A stretch of 63,964 bases of DNA, the filler included, from Stramenopiles sp. TOSAG23-6 (lineage: Eukaryota), in the NCBI GenBank assembly GCA_900128565.1. It is 3 parts of 3 records of this genome, joined end to end, with 100 filler letters (N's around TTAATTAATTAA, not from the genome) between each part and the next. Parts side by side here need not be neighbours in the genome. Positions count along the whole stretch, not along the records: positions 44,742 to 63,964 come from LT636052.1; 2 more parts are not named here. One strand, 5' to 3'. Each line of letters begins with the position of its first letter. Positions within the stretch are counted from its first letter, which is position 1. Both the position numbers and the translations under genes were made by a program. Positions 49,901 through 60,310 of the stretch are shown here, piece by piece. Below the pieces are notes generated by a model. The model was not told the origin of the DNA. It did no database searches and saw nothing but the letters and a program-made list of their open reading frames with translations.

Positions 49901-50608
49901 ATTTTGGTAGCAAAAGATTCGACATTATTAGAAAAGACTCATATACATGTGTGTTTTATTTTTCGTACGAAATTTTGTACCTAACGATTTTTTTTTATTT
50001 TTCAAAATTTCAAAATTTGTCTACATTTTTTTTTTTTGAAAATTTTGTACCTAACAAATTTTTTATAATTTTTTTGAAATATTTTTCCAAAATACACTTT
50101 CGAGGAGAAAAAGAGGACAGGAACAAAGATAATAAAACACAACAAAACATTATTGACTTGGCAACAAATGTTTCTATAAAATATATATATGTTTAATATA
50201 TTTTTTTTAAACAAAAAAATCGAATTTTTTTTTTTTTGGTAAAAAAAATTTTGTACCTAACAAATTTTTTATGATTTTTTTTTTTGAAATATTTTTCCAA
50301 AATATATGTTTGCAGGAAATGAATTTGCAAATGTTCCGCCAACTCATGAAAACCTACAACGACTGAAGGAATATATTGAAAAAAATCGAAGCATTGTGGC
50401 AGAGATTTGGGCTATTTCTAACCCTATTAAAAATGTTGGAGATGTATGTTTTAGTTTTTTTTTTTAAATTTTGAAATTGAATTTTTTTTTTCATACGAAA
50501 TTTTGTACCTAACAATTTTTTTAGATTTTTTTTTTCAAATATTTTTCCAAAATACATGTACCATACCAAAAACAAAAGTTGGATAAACGACGACAAAATG
50601 ATGAGTGA
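46926..50608 (+). CDS. Unknown secreted protein, about 930 aa, 8 introns
   Basis: Signal-peptide-like N-terminus. Open frame through exons 46926-48489, 48585-48650, 48747-48784, 48889-49238, 49345-49404, 49510-49948, 50098-50186, 50308-50443, 50558-50608. Confidence 0.7.
48490..48584 (+). mobile_element. Introner-like intron GT..CAT
   Basis: CAT|GTATGC..AAAATACAT|TG. Confidence 0.85.
48651..48746 (+). mobile_element. Introner-like intron GT..CAT (near-identical to previous)
   Basis: CAT|GTATGC..AAAATACAT|TA. Confidence 0.85.
48785..48888 (+). mobile_element. Introner-like intron GT..CAT
   Basis: CAT|GTACGT..AAAATACAT|GAT. Confidence 0.85.
49239..49344 (+). mobile_element. Introner-like intron GT..CAA (in-frame AG at 49350 is possible)
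   Basis: CAT|GTATCT..AAAATACAA|A. Confidence 0.7.
49405..49509 (+). mobile_element. Introner-like intron GT..CAT (near-identical to previous)
   Basis: CAT|GTATCT..AAAATACAT|C. Confidence 0.85.
49949..50097 (+). mobile_element. Introner-like intron GT..CAC with duplicated core
   Basis: CAT|GTGTGT..AAAATACAC|TTT. Confidence 0.75.
50187..50307 (+). mobile_element. Introner-like intron, AT..TAT by alignment (alternative 50191-50305 GT..TAT)
   Basis: ATATGTTT aligns with GTATGTTT; both models restore frame. Confidence 0.6.
50444..50557 (+). mobile_element. Introner-like intron GT..CAT
   Basis: GAT|GTATGT..AAAATACAT|GTA. Confidence 0.8.
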
Positions 50609-51377
50609 AATAAACAAAGATTTGGATTTGGATACTCTTACAGAGGAGCGAGGCGGCCTAGTGCTGTACGTATCTTTGTATTCCGTACCATTTTTTTGTA
50701 CTTATTTTTTTTTTAGGTATGAAAAAATGGTACTAAATCCAAAGTTACGTCTGATTCCGTACCATTCTTTTTTTGAAAAAAGGCAAAATTATTTTTATTG
50801 TATATACATTTCCGATTTAACCATTTGTGATAAAAATATAGTTTTTGAAATGGAAAAATTTGAAATAAATACAAAATTTACAAATTATAAATTTATTTGT
50901 ATTTTTTTTTTAATGTTTTTGTGTTTCTGCAAGCTCGAGTATTTTCATATACAAGTTCTCAAGTCTTTTAACATCTCCATCATTGCCTGGAGATATCCCC
51001 TTATGAAAAGCTAATTCCATAGCAGTCACTGCGCGTTTGTACAGTCCTGCTTCACTGTATATTTTGACAACTTCAATCAACTTTAAAAGTGAGTTAATAT
51101 GTTGAATTTGATGATCAAGTATGAGAGCTTTCTCTATGAGTGTTACTCTTTCAAAATGACCCAGTCGCTTAGTTCCTGAGAATGATGACTGTTCATTCCA
51201 GAATGCTGTTCATCGCTGGTCCCGGGTAACCTGGACATCGATAAATTATCGATATTCCATTTTTTGACTGCACACAAAAATAATAGGCGTGTGTTGTTGA
51301 ATGCTGTTTTTAAGGTGTATTATATTATTTGATAATATACATTCCAAGTCAAACTCAATTACGAGGACATCACTGCA

Positions 51378-54086
51378 ATGGTACTAGATTTATCTCTTCT
51401 TTGTACACTTAAAACTAAATTACACGCTTCTCTTACAGACACTCCATTTTCCAGTGATACTGTTTCTTTAGATTCACGCTTTCAAGCAACAAAGATTGCC
51501 TTCGAGTCAACAGTTCAAGAATGTCTCTCAGCGAACCTTACAAAAGCTGATGCTACTGCGGTCTTAGAATCATCTCTACGCGCTGCTGTATCCAGCTTAA
51601 TTCAACAGGCTAAATCTGAAAATTTATCAATGAAACAACTTGGTTTTGAAAGTTTACTTGACCTTGCCATGAAGCTTGCAGCTGATGGCACTATCACTCC
51701 CGTTGCAACTATTCATATGTTGGAAGAAGTGTTCGAAACACAAACAATTGATTGTTGTGAAGATATCTGGGGCATATTGGAGGATAGACGTGATGAACTC
51801 TCCTCATCTATTTATTTTACAGACAATCCAAACCGAAATTCAAAAAGTAAATTAGCTCTATTGAGACTTTCTAATTCCCTACTACGACGATTCTCAAAAA
51901 CAAACGATACTGATTTTGTCGGTCGTGTTTTACTTTTTCTTGCCTATATATACCCATTATCTGAAAAATCTGGTGTCAATATTACCGGAAAATATAACGA
52001 TGCAAACTTAACTTTGTTTGAAAATGACGAAAATGAAAATGACGAAAATAATAAAGACAAATCAACAGAAACAACAACTTTGAAGGAAGCCAATTCTGAA
52101 AAATCTCTACCCGTTGATATTTTATTATACAAAAACTTCTGGGCATTACAAAATCATTTCTCAAATCCAAACGAGACATTGAAATCTAAAAGTAATTGGG
52201 ACGATTTTCTCTCTAAAATTGAAAAAGTAATTGTTGCTTTTGAAGGTCATAATTTTAAACAAACTTCAAATGAATCCAATGTTCAAAATGTTCAAAATGT
52301 TCAAAATGTTCAAAATGGTACGAAATCGTCTGAAAAAAAAGTGTATTATTATTGTACAAAATTTTTAACAAAAAAAAGTTTATTACGATTGCAACTAAGA
52401 GATCCTGTTTTACGACGTCATGTATTTTTTCATACGAAATTTTGTACCTAACAAAAAAATTTTAGATTTTTTTTGAAATTCAAATTTATTTTTCATACGA
52501 AATTTTGTACCTAACAAAAATTTTTAGATTTTTTTTCAAATTGTACAAATTGTATACCTAACCAATTTCGAATTTGATATTTTTTTTTTGACCATTCAGG
52601 TTTTAGTTCAAATGCTTGTTATTTTTGAATATTATACAAAAGTTTTATGTTTATCTTCAAATACAAAACTTGAAAAAGTTTCATTAACAAATTCGTCGAA
52701 TTCTTGTACGTTTTCAACATTGAATTGTAAAAAAATTTTAAAAAAATTAAAAAAAAAAAATTTTTACAAAAAAAAAATTTTTACAAAAAAAAATTCATAC
52801 CTAACAAAATTTTTTTTTTTTTTTTTAATATTGTTCAACTGTTCATCTCCTCCATCATCTACAGCATTAGCACCCACAACATCCCAATCTGTTGGGGAAA
52901 CAAAATTAAAGGAACAACTAGAGACTTTCAATGCCATTCAAACATTAGCTCCATTTCGTGAACGTGTCACAAAACTGCTCAAGGAAACTCCCCCAAGTGG
53001 TGAAAAATTTTTAGAAACAGTGACGAGTAATTTTTCATCATACTCTTCAAGTTTTTTTTTTTTTTTTTTTATAGTAAATTTTGTACCTAACAAAAAAAAT
53101 TAAAATTTTGGAATTATTTTTTCACAATTTATATATTTTGTCTAGAGAACTTTTTTGGATTCGTTGGAAGACGAATCGATGCAAGCCTTATGACAGACCT
53201 GCTATACCTGCACCAGTATGTTTTCAAAATTTTTTTTGTTTTTTGTAAGAGATTTTTGTACCAAACAATTTTTTTTAAAAAATTTTTTTAAAAATTTTTT
53301 TTTTTTTGAATTTTTTTTTTCGGAAAAACATTTTAAAATTCTTAATAAATTGTACAAAAAAAAATATTTCCTAATAGTATATAAACTGAAACGGAAGCGA
53401 AAACGAATAGATGATGTGTCAAATGCTCGTCGATTAAGTCAATTAGCAAAAACATATGAAAAACATGTTTGTTATTATCATCTCTTTGAATAACTTTTAT
53501 ACCAAAAAAAAAATTTGTTAATTTTTTTTTTGTACGAAATTTTGTACCTAACAGTTTTTTTTTTATTAACAAAAAAAAAAAAATATTTTTCACAATTCAT
53601 GATAATATTGCTTGTTTGTCAGAAAAAACTCGATTGACATCTCAGTCATTAGAAACTTTCCTACAACCAATGAGAGATGCAATGGATCCAGAAAATTGTA
53701 TTGAAGATATATATCATCCAAAACATGATAAAGTATTTTGTTGGAGAGGTTTACGTTTAATTTGTATGTTTTTTTTTCATTCAATTTTTTTTAGAAAAAT
53801 TTTTTTTTAGAAAATTTTCAAATTCTTTTTAAAAAGATACTTTTTTATCTAATAGAAAATATCAAATGTGTAATGTTTTGTTTACAATATAGCACAGTCA
53901 AACTTCAAAGTATTTGAGAAAATGCATTGTGGTGGTGGTAATTTAGAAGATGCCATTAAAATTATTTCAAATTCAAAAAAAAATGTTGATTCTACTCCTA
54001 ACCCAAATGATATTGAAAAAAATGCTTCGCAGTCAACTTCAATGGATATTGATGTGACGCCAAATCAAACTAAAACTACAAAATAA
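51378..54086 (+). CDS. THOC1: THO complex subunit 1
   Basis: LLRLSNSLLRRFSK..FVGRVLLFLA..PLSEKSGVN, LYKNFWALQ, LQLRDPVLRRHVLVQ, ETPPSG..NILSRE..W..WK, WRGLRL. Exons 51378-52421, 52600-52705, 52847-53026, 53133-53215, 53383-53466, 53601-53763, 53893-54086. Confidence 0.92.
52422..52599 (+). mobile_element. Introner-like intron GT..CAG with three TACCTAAC copies
   Basis: Restores THOC1 RRH|VLVQ. Confidence 0.9.
52706..52846 (+). mobile_element. Introner-like intron GT..CAT
   Basis: TT|GTACGT..GTTCAT|CT; in-frame length, poly-A/T interior. Confidence 0.7.
53027..53132 (+). mobile_element. Introner-like intron GT..TAT
   Basis: GA|GTAATT..CACAATTTAT|AT restores ETVTNILSRE. Confidence 0.85.
53216..53382 (+). 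mobile_element. Diverged introner-like intron GT..TAT
   Basis: CCA|GTATGT..ATAGTATAT|AAA; TAG 5 nt upstream is out of frame. Confidence 0.75.
53467..53600 (+). mobile_element. Introner-like intron GT..CAT
   Basis: CAT|GTTTGT..CACAATTCAT|GAT. Confidence 0.8.
53764..53892 (+). other. Intron GT..TAG (diverged)
   Basis: Restores WRGLRLIS-QSNF. Confidence 0.85.
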
Positions 54087-54592
54087 AATTTTTCTTTCTT
54101 CTTTTTTCTTCTTTTTTCTTCTTTTTTCTTTTCTTAAAATTGGAACAAACCTGTTTTGTTTTTAAAATCCCCGATTGTTTTGTTTTATTTCAAAAAATTT
54201 TGAAATTCAAATTCATCTGTGTGTGTGTGTGGGGGTGGGTACCAGTGATGAAACACTATACTTACTGTATATATATAATAGTAGCTATACTTGAATAATA
54301 ATACGTCGTCGTTAGTATTTCTCTGAAGATTTCGCTACAGTGTGAACACAAGAGATATTTGTACGCTACTACTCTGTACAAAGTCATTTACGTAACGTGT
54401 TTTATAATCTATTGAATCACTACATAGATAAAGCCAAAGGAGCCAAAGCACCGTCGAACTGTAAGAACTGTTCCTTTACACTCATTGGATTCAATTGTAA
54501 TTCCTATTCAAGTTACTTTACATTGGATTCAATTGTAATTGCTATTCAAGTTAATTTACACTCATTGGATTCAATTGTAATTGCTATTCAAG

Positions 54593-57500
54593 ATGGTTTG
54601 TATAGTATTCACAAGATATGTAGTACTTCTAATACTCATACACTTACAAAGGAATATAGAACAATGTTTTTGTGTTACCAGTGATGATATATCTAGTGAT
54701 ACTCCTGGTGATGATATATCTAGTGATACTCCTGGTGATGATATATCTAGTAGTGATAGGAGTTCTCCTGGTGATGATACAACAAAGAATAATCAAATTG
54801 TAAAATATGCCGAATTACAAGAAGCTCTAGAAAACGCCCAAAAAATGGGTGTGGTTGGAGTTTCTGATATCTCAGAGTCTATACGAAAAATAGGTGGACA
54901 ATTTTATGGAAATCCTTTGGATGAAGAGTCAAATCTAAGTACAGACAGAGCAGAAGAAGAAGAAAAAAATGGAATTCTCTCAGAAGACTCAGAAGAAACA
55001 AATGAGAATGAGAATCAAAATGAGAATCAATCAAATAGATTATCTTCACTTGAAGAGGATGAAGCGATGGGTGAAGATATTACGATTCCCTTCTGGGGTT
55101 CACTAAATAATCCTAACGCTGACGCTGATGTGTTTTTAACTGAACAATGTATATTTTATTTTTTTTTGTTTTCGAAAAAAAAAATCGAATTTTTTTTTAT
55201 AGTAAATTTTGTACCTAAACTAAAAGATTTTTTTTTTTTTTTGAAATATTTTTCCAAAATACATTTAATAAAGTTCATCATTATCTCGGATTAACAGATA
55301 ATGACTTTGAAGAGAAAAAACATAAAAATTTGGAGTCTTTTACTAGTAGTAATGATTTGAAGGAACGAGGACTACAAGAAGAAATCAAAAAACAAGAAGA
55401 AAAACAAGGAATATTCAAACATATCATTGAAATCTTGGAAGAAAATATAGAAAACGTAAAAACAATTGCATATCCAACTCCATCGCAAGAAGTAAATGGC
55501 GGAGAGAGTTCTAATGAAGCAAACGCAGTACATGGTGAAGAGAGTTCTGATGAAGCAAACCCAGTAAATGATGGAGAGAGTTCTGATGAAGCAAAACCAG
55601 TAAATGGTGGTGCAGTCGATGGTGCAAATGGTGAAGAGAGTTCTGATGAAGCAAAAGCAGTACATGGTGAAGAAAGTTCTGATGAAGCAAAAGCAGTACA
55701 TGGTGAAGAGAGTTCTGATGAAGCAAAAGCATTAAATGGTGGTGCAGTCGATGGTGCAAATGCTGGTGGTACTTCTCCAGAAGAAAAAGTAGAACAAAAA
55801 ATAAAAGTAGAAGAAAAAGACGCATATAAACAAGAAGGAGAACAAGAAGGAGAAGAAGAAGAAGACGATGATGATGATGGTGTTGATAATAGACTCGTTA
55901 AAAGAATAGAAACCACTTATGGAACGACTTGGAAGTACTTACCAAGCGATGGTAATACTGTGGGTTATAACCTCTTGAATATCAAACAATCCAAGAAAAA
56001 ATTTAAGGAAGACCTGAAAGCTGCTGATCGTCAACATGTAGAAATGTTTGTGAATGAATACCTTGATAATAAGCCGAAGGAAAAAAAAGAAATTTTTTCC
56101 ACACACGTAGGTTACATCTTTCATACTTCATTTCAAATATATATAGGCTACATTTTTAATACTTCATTTCAAATATTGTGTTATCACAAGAAAACCTCGA
56201 AATCAATTTTTTTGTTCCTAACAAATTTCCAAAACTTTTTGTTTTTATACAACACATGGTGGTTTCTTAAGAGGTCTATTATATGTAATAATGATAAAAA
56301 CACAAACTACTTCTTGTACAATCACATCAAGCAACACAGAAATTCAATTTCCTCTACGACAAGAATGTATGTTTTATTTTATTTTTTACAAAAAAATCGA
56401 ATTTATTTTTTCATAGGAAATGTTGTACCTAACAAATTTTAGTTTTTTTTTTGAAATATTTTTCCAAAAAACATATGTTGAGGTACAATGTTTCAACGAT
56501 ACTCAACCTACATTTTCTTTTGCATTATATTCAGGGTCTCCAAAATCAGATTTAGTTGACAAAGAGTTTGTCCTAGATGTATGTTTTTTTTTTTAATTTC
56601 GAATTTTTTTTTCGTACGAAATTTTGTACCTAACTATTTTTTTTTTTTTNGGNAAAAAAAAAATATTTTTCATAATCCATAACATAGATATAGGCAAAGG
56701 AGACGAAAAACAACAAAAAAATATTGCCAAAAAAAAAGCCAAACGAATAGACAAAGACACAAAAAAAATTAATAAAGATATTTTGTATGGAATAATTGGT
56801 AATGGTGCGTTAGTCCTTTTACAATATTCAGATTGTGAGACCTGGTTTATACGTCATTTTCCTTCTATATCAAATGTATGTTTTTTTAAAATTTTTTTTT
56901 AAATTTTTTTTTAAATTTTTTTTTCGTACGAAATTTTGTACCTAATAATTTTTTTATAATTTTTTTTGAAATATTTTTCCATAGCAAATGTATATGATGT
57001 CTTTGGAAGTTTAAGGAAATTTAGAAAAGACCCAGAATTAATTTCAAAAGGTATGCATAAATTTTTAGAAAAAATGTACATTTACATTTTACAATCAATA
57101 TTATTTTTATTTTTCCCCTCTTGTTTTATTGGCTTTATTCTCTTTATCCAAAGCTTCTGGACACTAATAAATTTCGAATTTGACATATTTTTCAACAATT
57201 TTTGGAGAACGCATATAACGAAAAAAAAAAGGTGAAAGAATTTTTCAAAATTTTTTATGGAGTTGTACAAAACCACGAAACACGTGTGTTTTATAGTGGT
57301 CTGACTCGAACCCTACAAACGTAGGTTTTTTCATTTTAATTTCAATTTTTTTTTTTTTCGTATGAAATTTTGTACCTAACAATTTTTTTTTTTTTTTTGA
57401 AACTATTTTTCACAATACATATTTGTTATAATGAAATTGTTTATTGGTTCACTAACAGAAGGCTGGAAATGTGACTGTCTCATGAAAGACGCTGAAGCAG

Positions 57501-60263
57501 AGGCAGGAAACAATACAGATTTAAAATGTGATCATACATTTCAATTAGAAATCAATAAAGATTTTAAATGTGATTCAAAAGTCGATGAGATGAAAAATGC
57601 TTCAACAAGAAAATTAAATTGTCTTAATTTAATTTCAGAAATTCCATCATCGGATCCAGCAAATGGAACCGGTGAGTCTGTTTCTAGGAATACGAAATCT
57701 TTTGTTGCAAATGTTATTGCAGATATTCTACCTGGCGAACCCAAAAGACATATTATTATGACAGCCGCAATATCACCCGTGTTGGCTCTTGAAGCGATAT
57801 TTGTTCTTCCTGCCGCAGCAATTGGTAAAAAAGCGCAAATGCTCATTTCAAGCTTTAAGAAGAAAACGTTCGATAATACTTTCAATAATAAAAAAAANGA
57901 GAAGTTTCTAAATAAACTTAAGACAAAGTGTGGTCAAAATGAGGATGCTGATACTAGTGATGATACTGATGATGGTGGTAATGGTGGTAATGGTGGTATT
58001 GGTAGTGCAAATACTGGTGGCACTACTGCAGAAGAAAAACTTCAACAAAAAATAAAAACAGAAGAAGAAGAAGAAGGAGGAGAAGGTTCTGGAAATGATC
58101 CTGAAGATGATAGTGATACATCTACTGAAGATGATAGTGATGATGATAGTGATGATAGTGATGATGGTGGTAATGATCGTACTGGTGGTGCAGTCGATGG
58201 TGCAAATGCTGATGGTGGGGCACCAAAGGTGGCCAAACATATTATAGATGAAAGTGATGATAATAATTATACTACTGGTGGTGATGCAGACAACAATCCT
58301 ACTGATGGCGGTGATGATAGAATTGATGAAGAAGGACCAGCTCCAGGACCAGCTCCAGGACCAGCTAAGGGTCATACGGACAGTTGGCCGGCCTCGATGT
58401 ATGAGTCTTTGGATAGTAGGGGTGCTCCAAGTGGGCCAAGTGGGCCAGGAGACTTGATTACTGCTTCAGAGGAGGGTAACGTGGCATTAGTTGAAAAACT
58501 TATCAAAGAAAAAACAGCTGTGAATCTGATTGATAACGAAAAAGACTTTCTATTGATTAAGTTTGTGAATCAGATTGATGACGAAAAAGAAACTCCATTG
58601 ATTAAGGCTTCAAGGAAGGGTCATCATAAAGTAGTTAAACTACTTATTGATGCTGGTGCTGATGTCAATCAGACTGATGAAGACGGAGGTACCGCATTGG
58701 ATAAAGCTTCAAATAAGGGTCACGCAAAAGTAGTTGAATTACTTCTTGCCGTAAAGGGAATTAAAGTCGATGCTGATGTAGGAATGGGGTATACTGCATT
58801 ATTAAATGCTTCAGCGAGCAGAGAGAGGGGTTGTGCAAAAGTAGTTAAATTACTTGTTGATAAGGGTGCTAAAGTGAATCACAAATCGCATTTCGGAAAG
58901 ACCGCATTGACAATAGCTTCAAAGAATCGTAATGTTGGAGTAGTTGAAGCACTTCTCGCTGCTAAAGATATTGATGTCAATCTGGCTGATAAAAGCGGAG
59001 CTACACCGTTGTCAATTGCTAAAAAGAATCATAATGATAAAGTAGTGAAACTACTTGTTGATGCTGGTGCAGTTGATGAAACGAAAAAAGCTGGCGTACC
59101 AAGATTTCGAGAAACATCAAGAAAAATGTTTTCAAAAGGAAATCATTTCAATGATGGAAGCATTAATAGAATGAAAAATGCGCATCTTTTAATTCATTTT
59201 GTAATGAATAAGTTACAAATGCAACTATGCATGTTTTATTTTTTTTTTTGTATGAATTTTTTTTTATAGTAAATTTTGTACCTAACAAATTTAAGTTTTT
59301 TTTTTTCAAATATTTTTCCAAAAAGCATTACTAATCAAATCGAAAAAAGAGGAACAAATTCTTCACTTAAGACTCGAAATATTTCAAAATAGTGTAGCAA
59401 GTCGAAAGAGTAAACTTGAAACATCATTAGCAATGCAAGAATTAGCTCGTGAGAAAGTTCAAAATGCAAAAAAACGGATTTTGGAATTGGAGGAGAAAAT
59501 CCATAATGTCAAAAAACAACGAGAGTTAAGTAAATCATATAGTTTAGGATCTGATTACTCCCCTTCAGATGATGATTTTGAAATATCTCTTCGTGAAACA
59601 TCTCAATCTCATAATGTACATAAATATGACGATGATGATCAAGATGATCAAGATGATGAAGATGATGAAGATGTAGACACATTTTATCATAAAACATCTC
59701 ATAATTCACATAAATATGACAAAGTAAATATCAATAATGAAAATGATTTCACTGATGAGCAGGAATCAACCTTCAATGCAGATGAAATATTCAAGGAAAT
59801 AAGTATGAATGAAGAAAATCAATCATTAAATGATTCATTTGGATCATCTAGAGGTAGTCTTCCCATTGAAACAAGTCATCAACTTCGTCGAAAAAAAAGT
59901 ACGTCACTTGTATTAGATGCAACACATGAGGCTGAGAGAATGATCAACAAACTCAAATCTGAATTACATCCGAGTAGTGTAGAGGGAACTCATGTTCTTA
60001 AAGCGTTGACTAACGCTGTATCTGCAATTAAATCAATTAGAAGTGCAGCACATGATACGATGAAAGATGTATCTGTTGTTGATGTACAAAATAGACTTTT
60101 ACAACCAATAGTGAGTTACTCTGCAATGCCAGACTGTCTTGCAAATGCATCCATGGCAGATCAAACTATTGGAAATATTTTTGCTGCTGCTGTAAAAAAG
60201 AAAGGAAGTGGGTTTAGTGGTTCACAAGTCATTCTTCCAGCGGAAGGTATGTTTTATTTTTTT

Positions 60264-60310
<47 letters not shown>

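Noticed and set aside
49951-50214. Many short ORFs with recurring peptides such as KYFSKIH, FVPN, LGTKF and RTKFCT
   Set aside because: They are translations of the intron repeat, not a protein family.
48490-50557. Regularly spaced repeats resembling a CRISPR array
   Set aside because: Repeats are about 100 nt and variable, and the spacers are in-frame exons of one eukaryotic gene; no cas genes.
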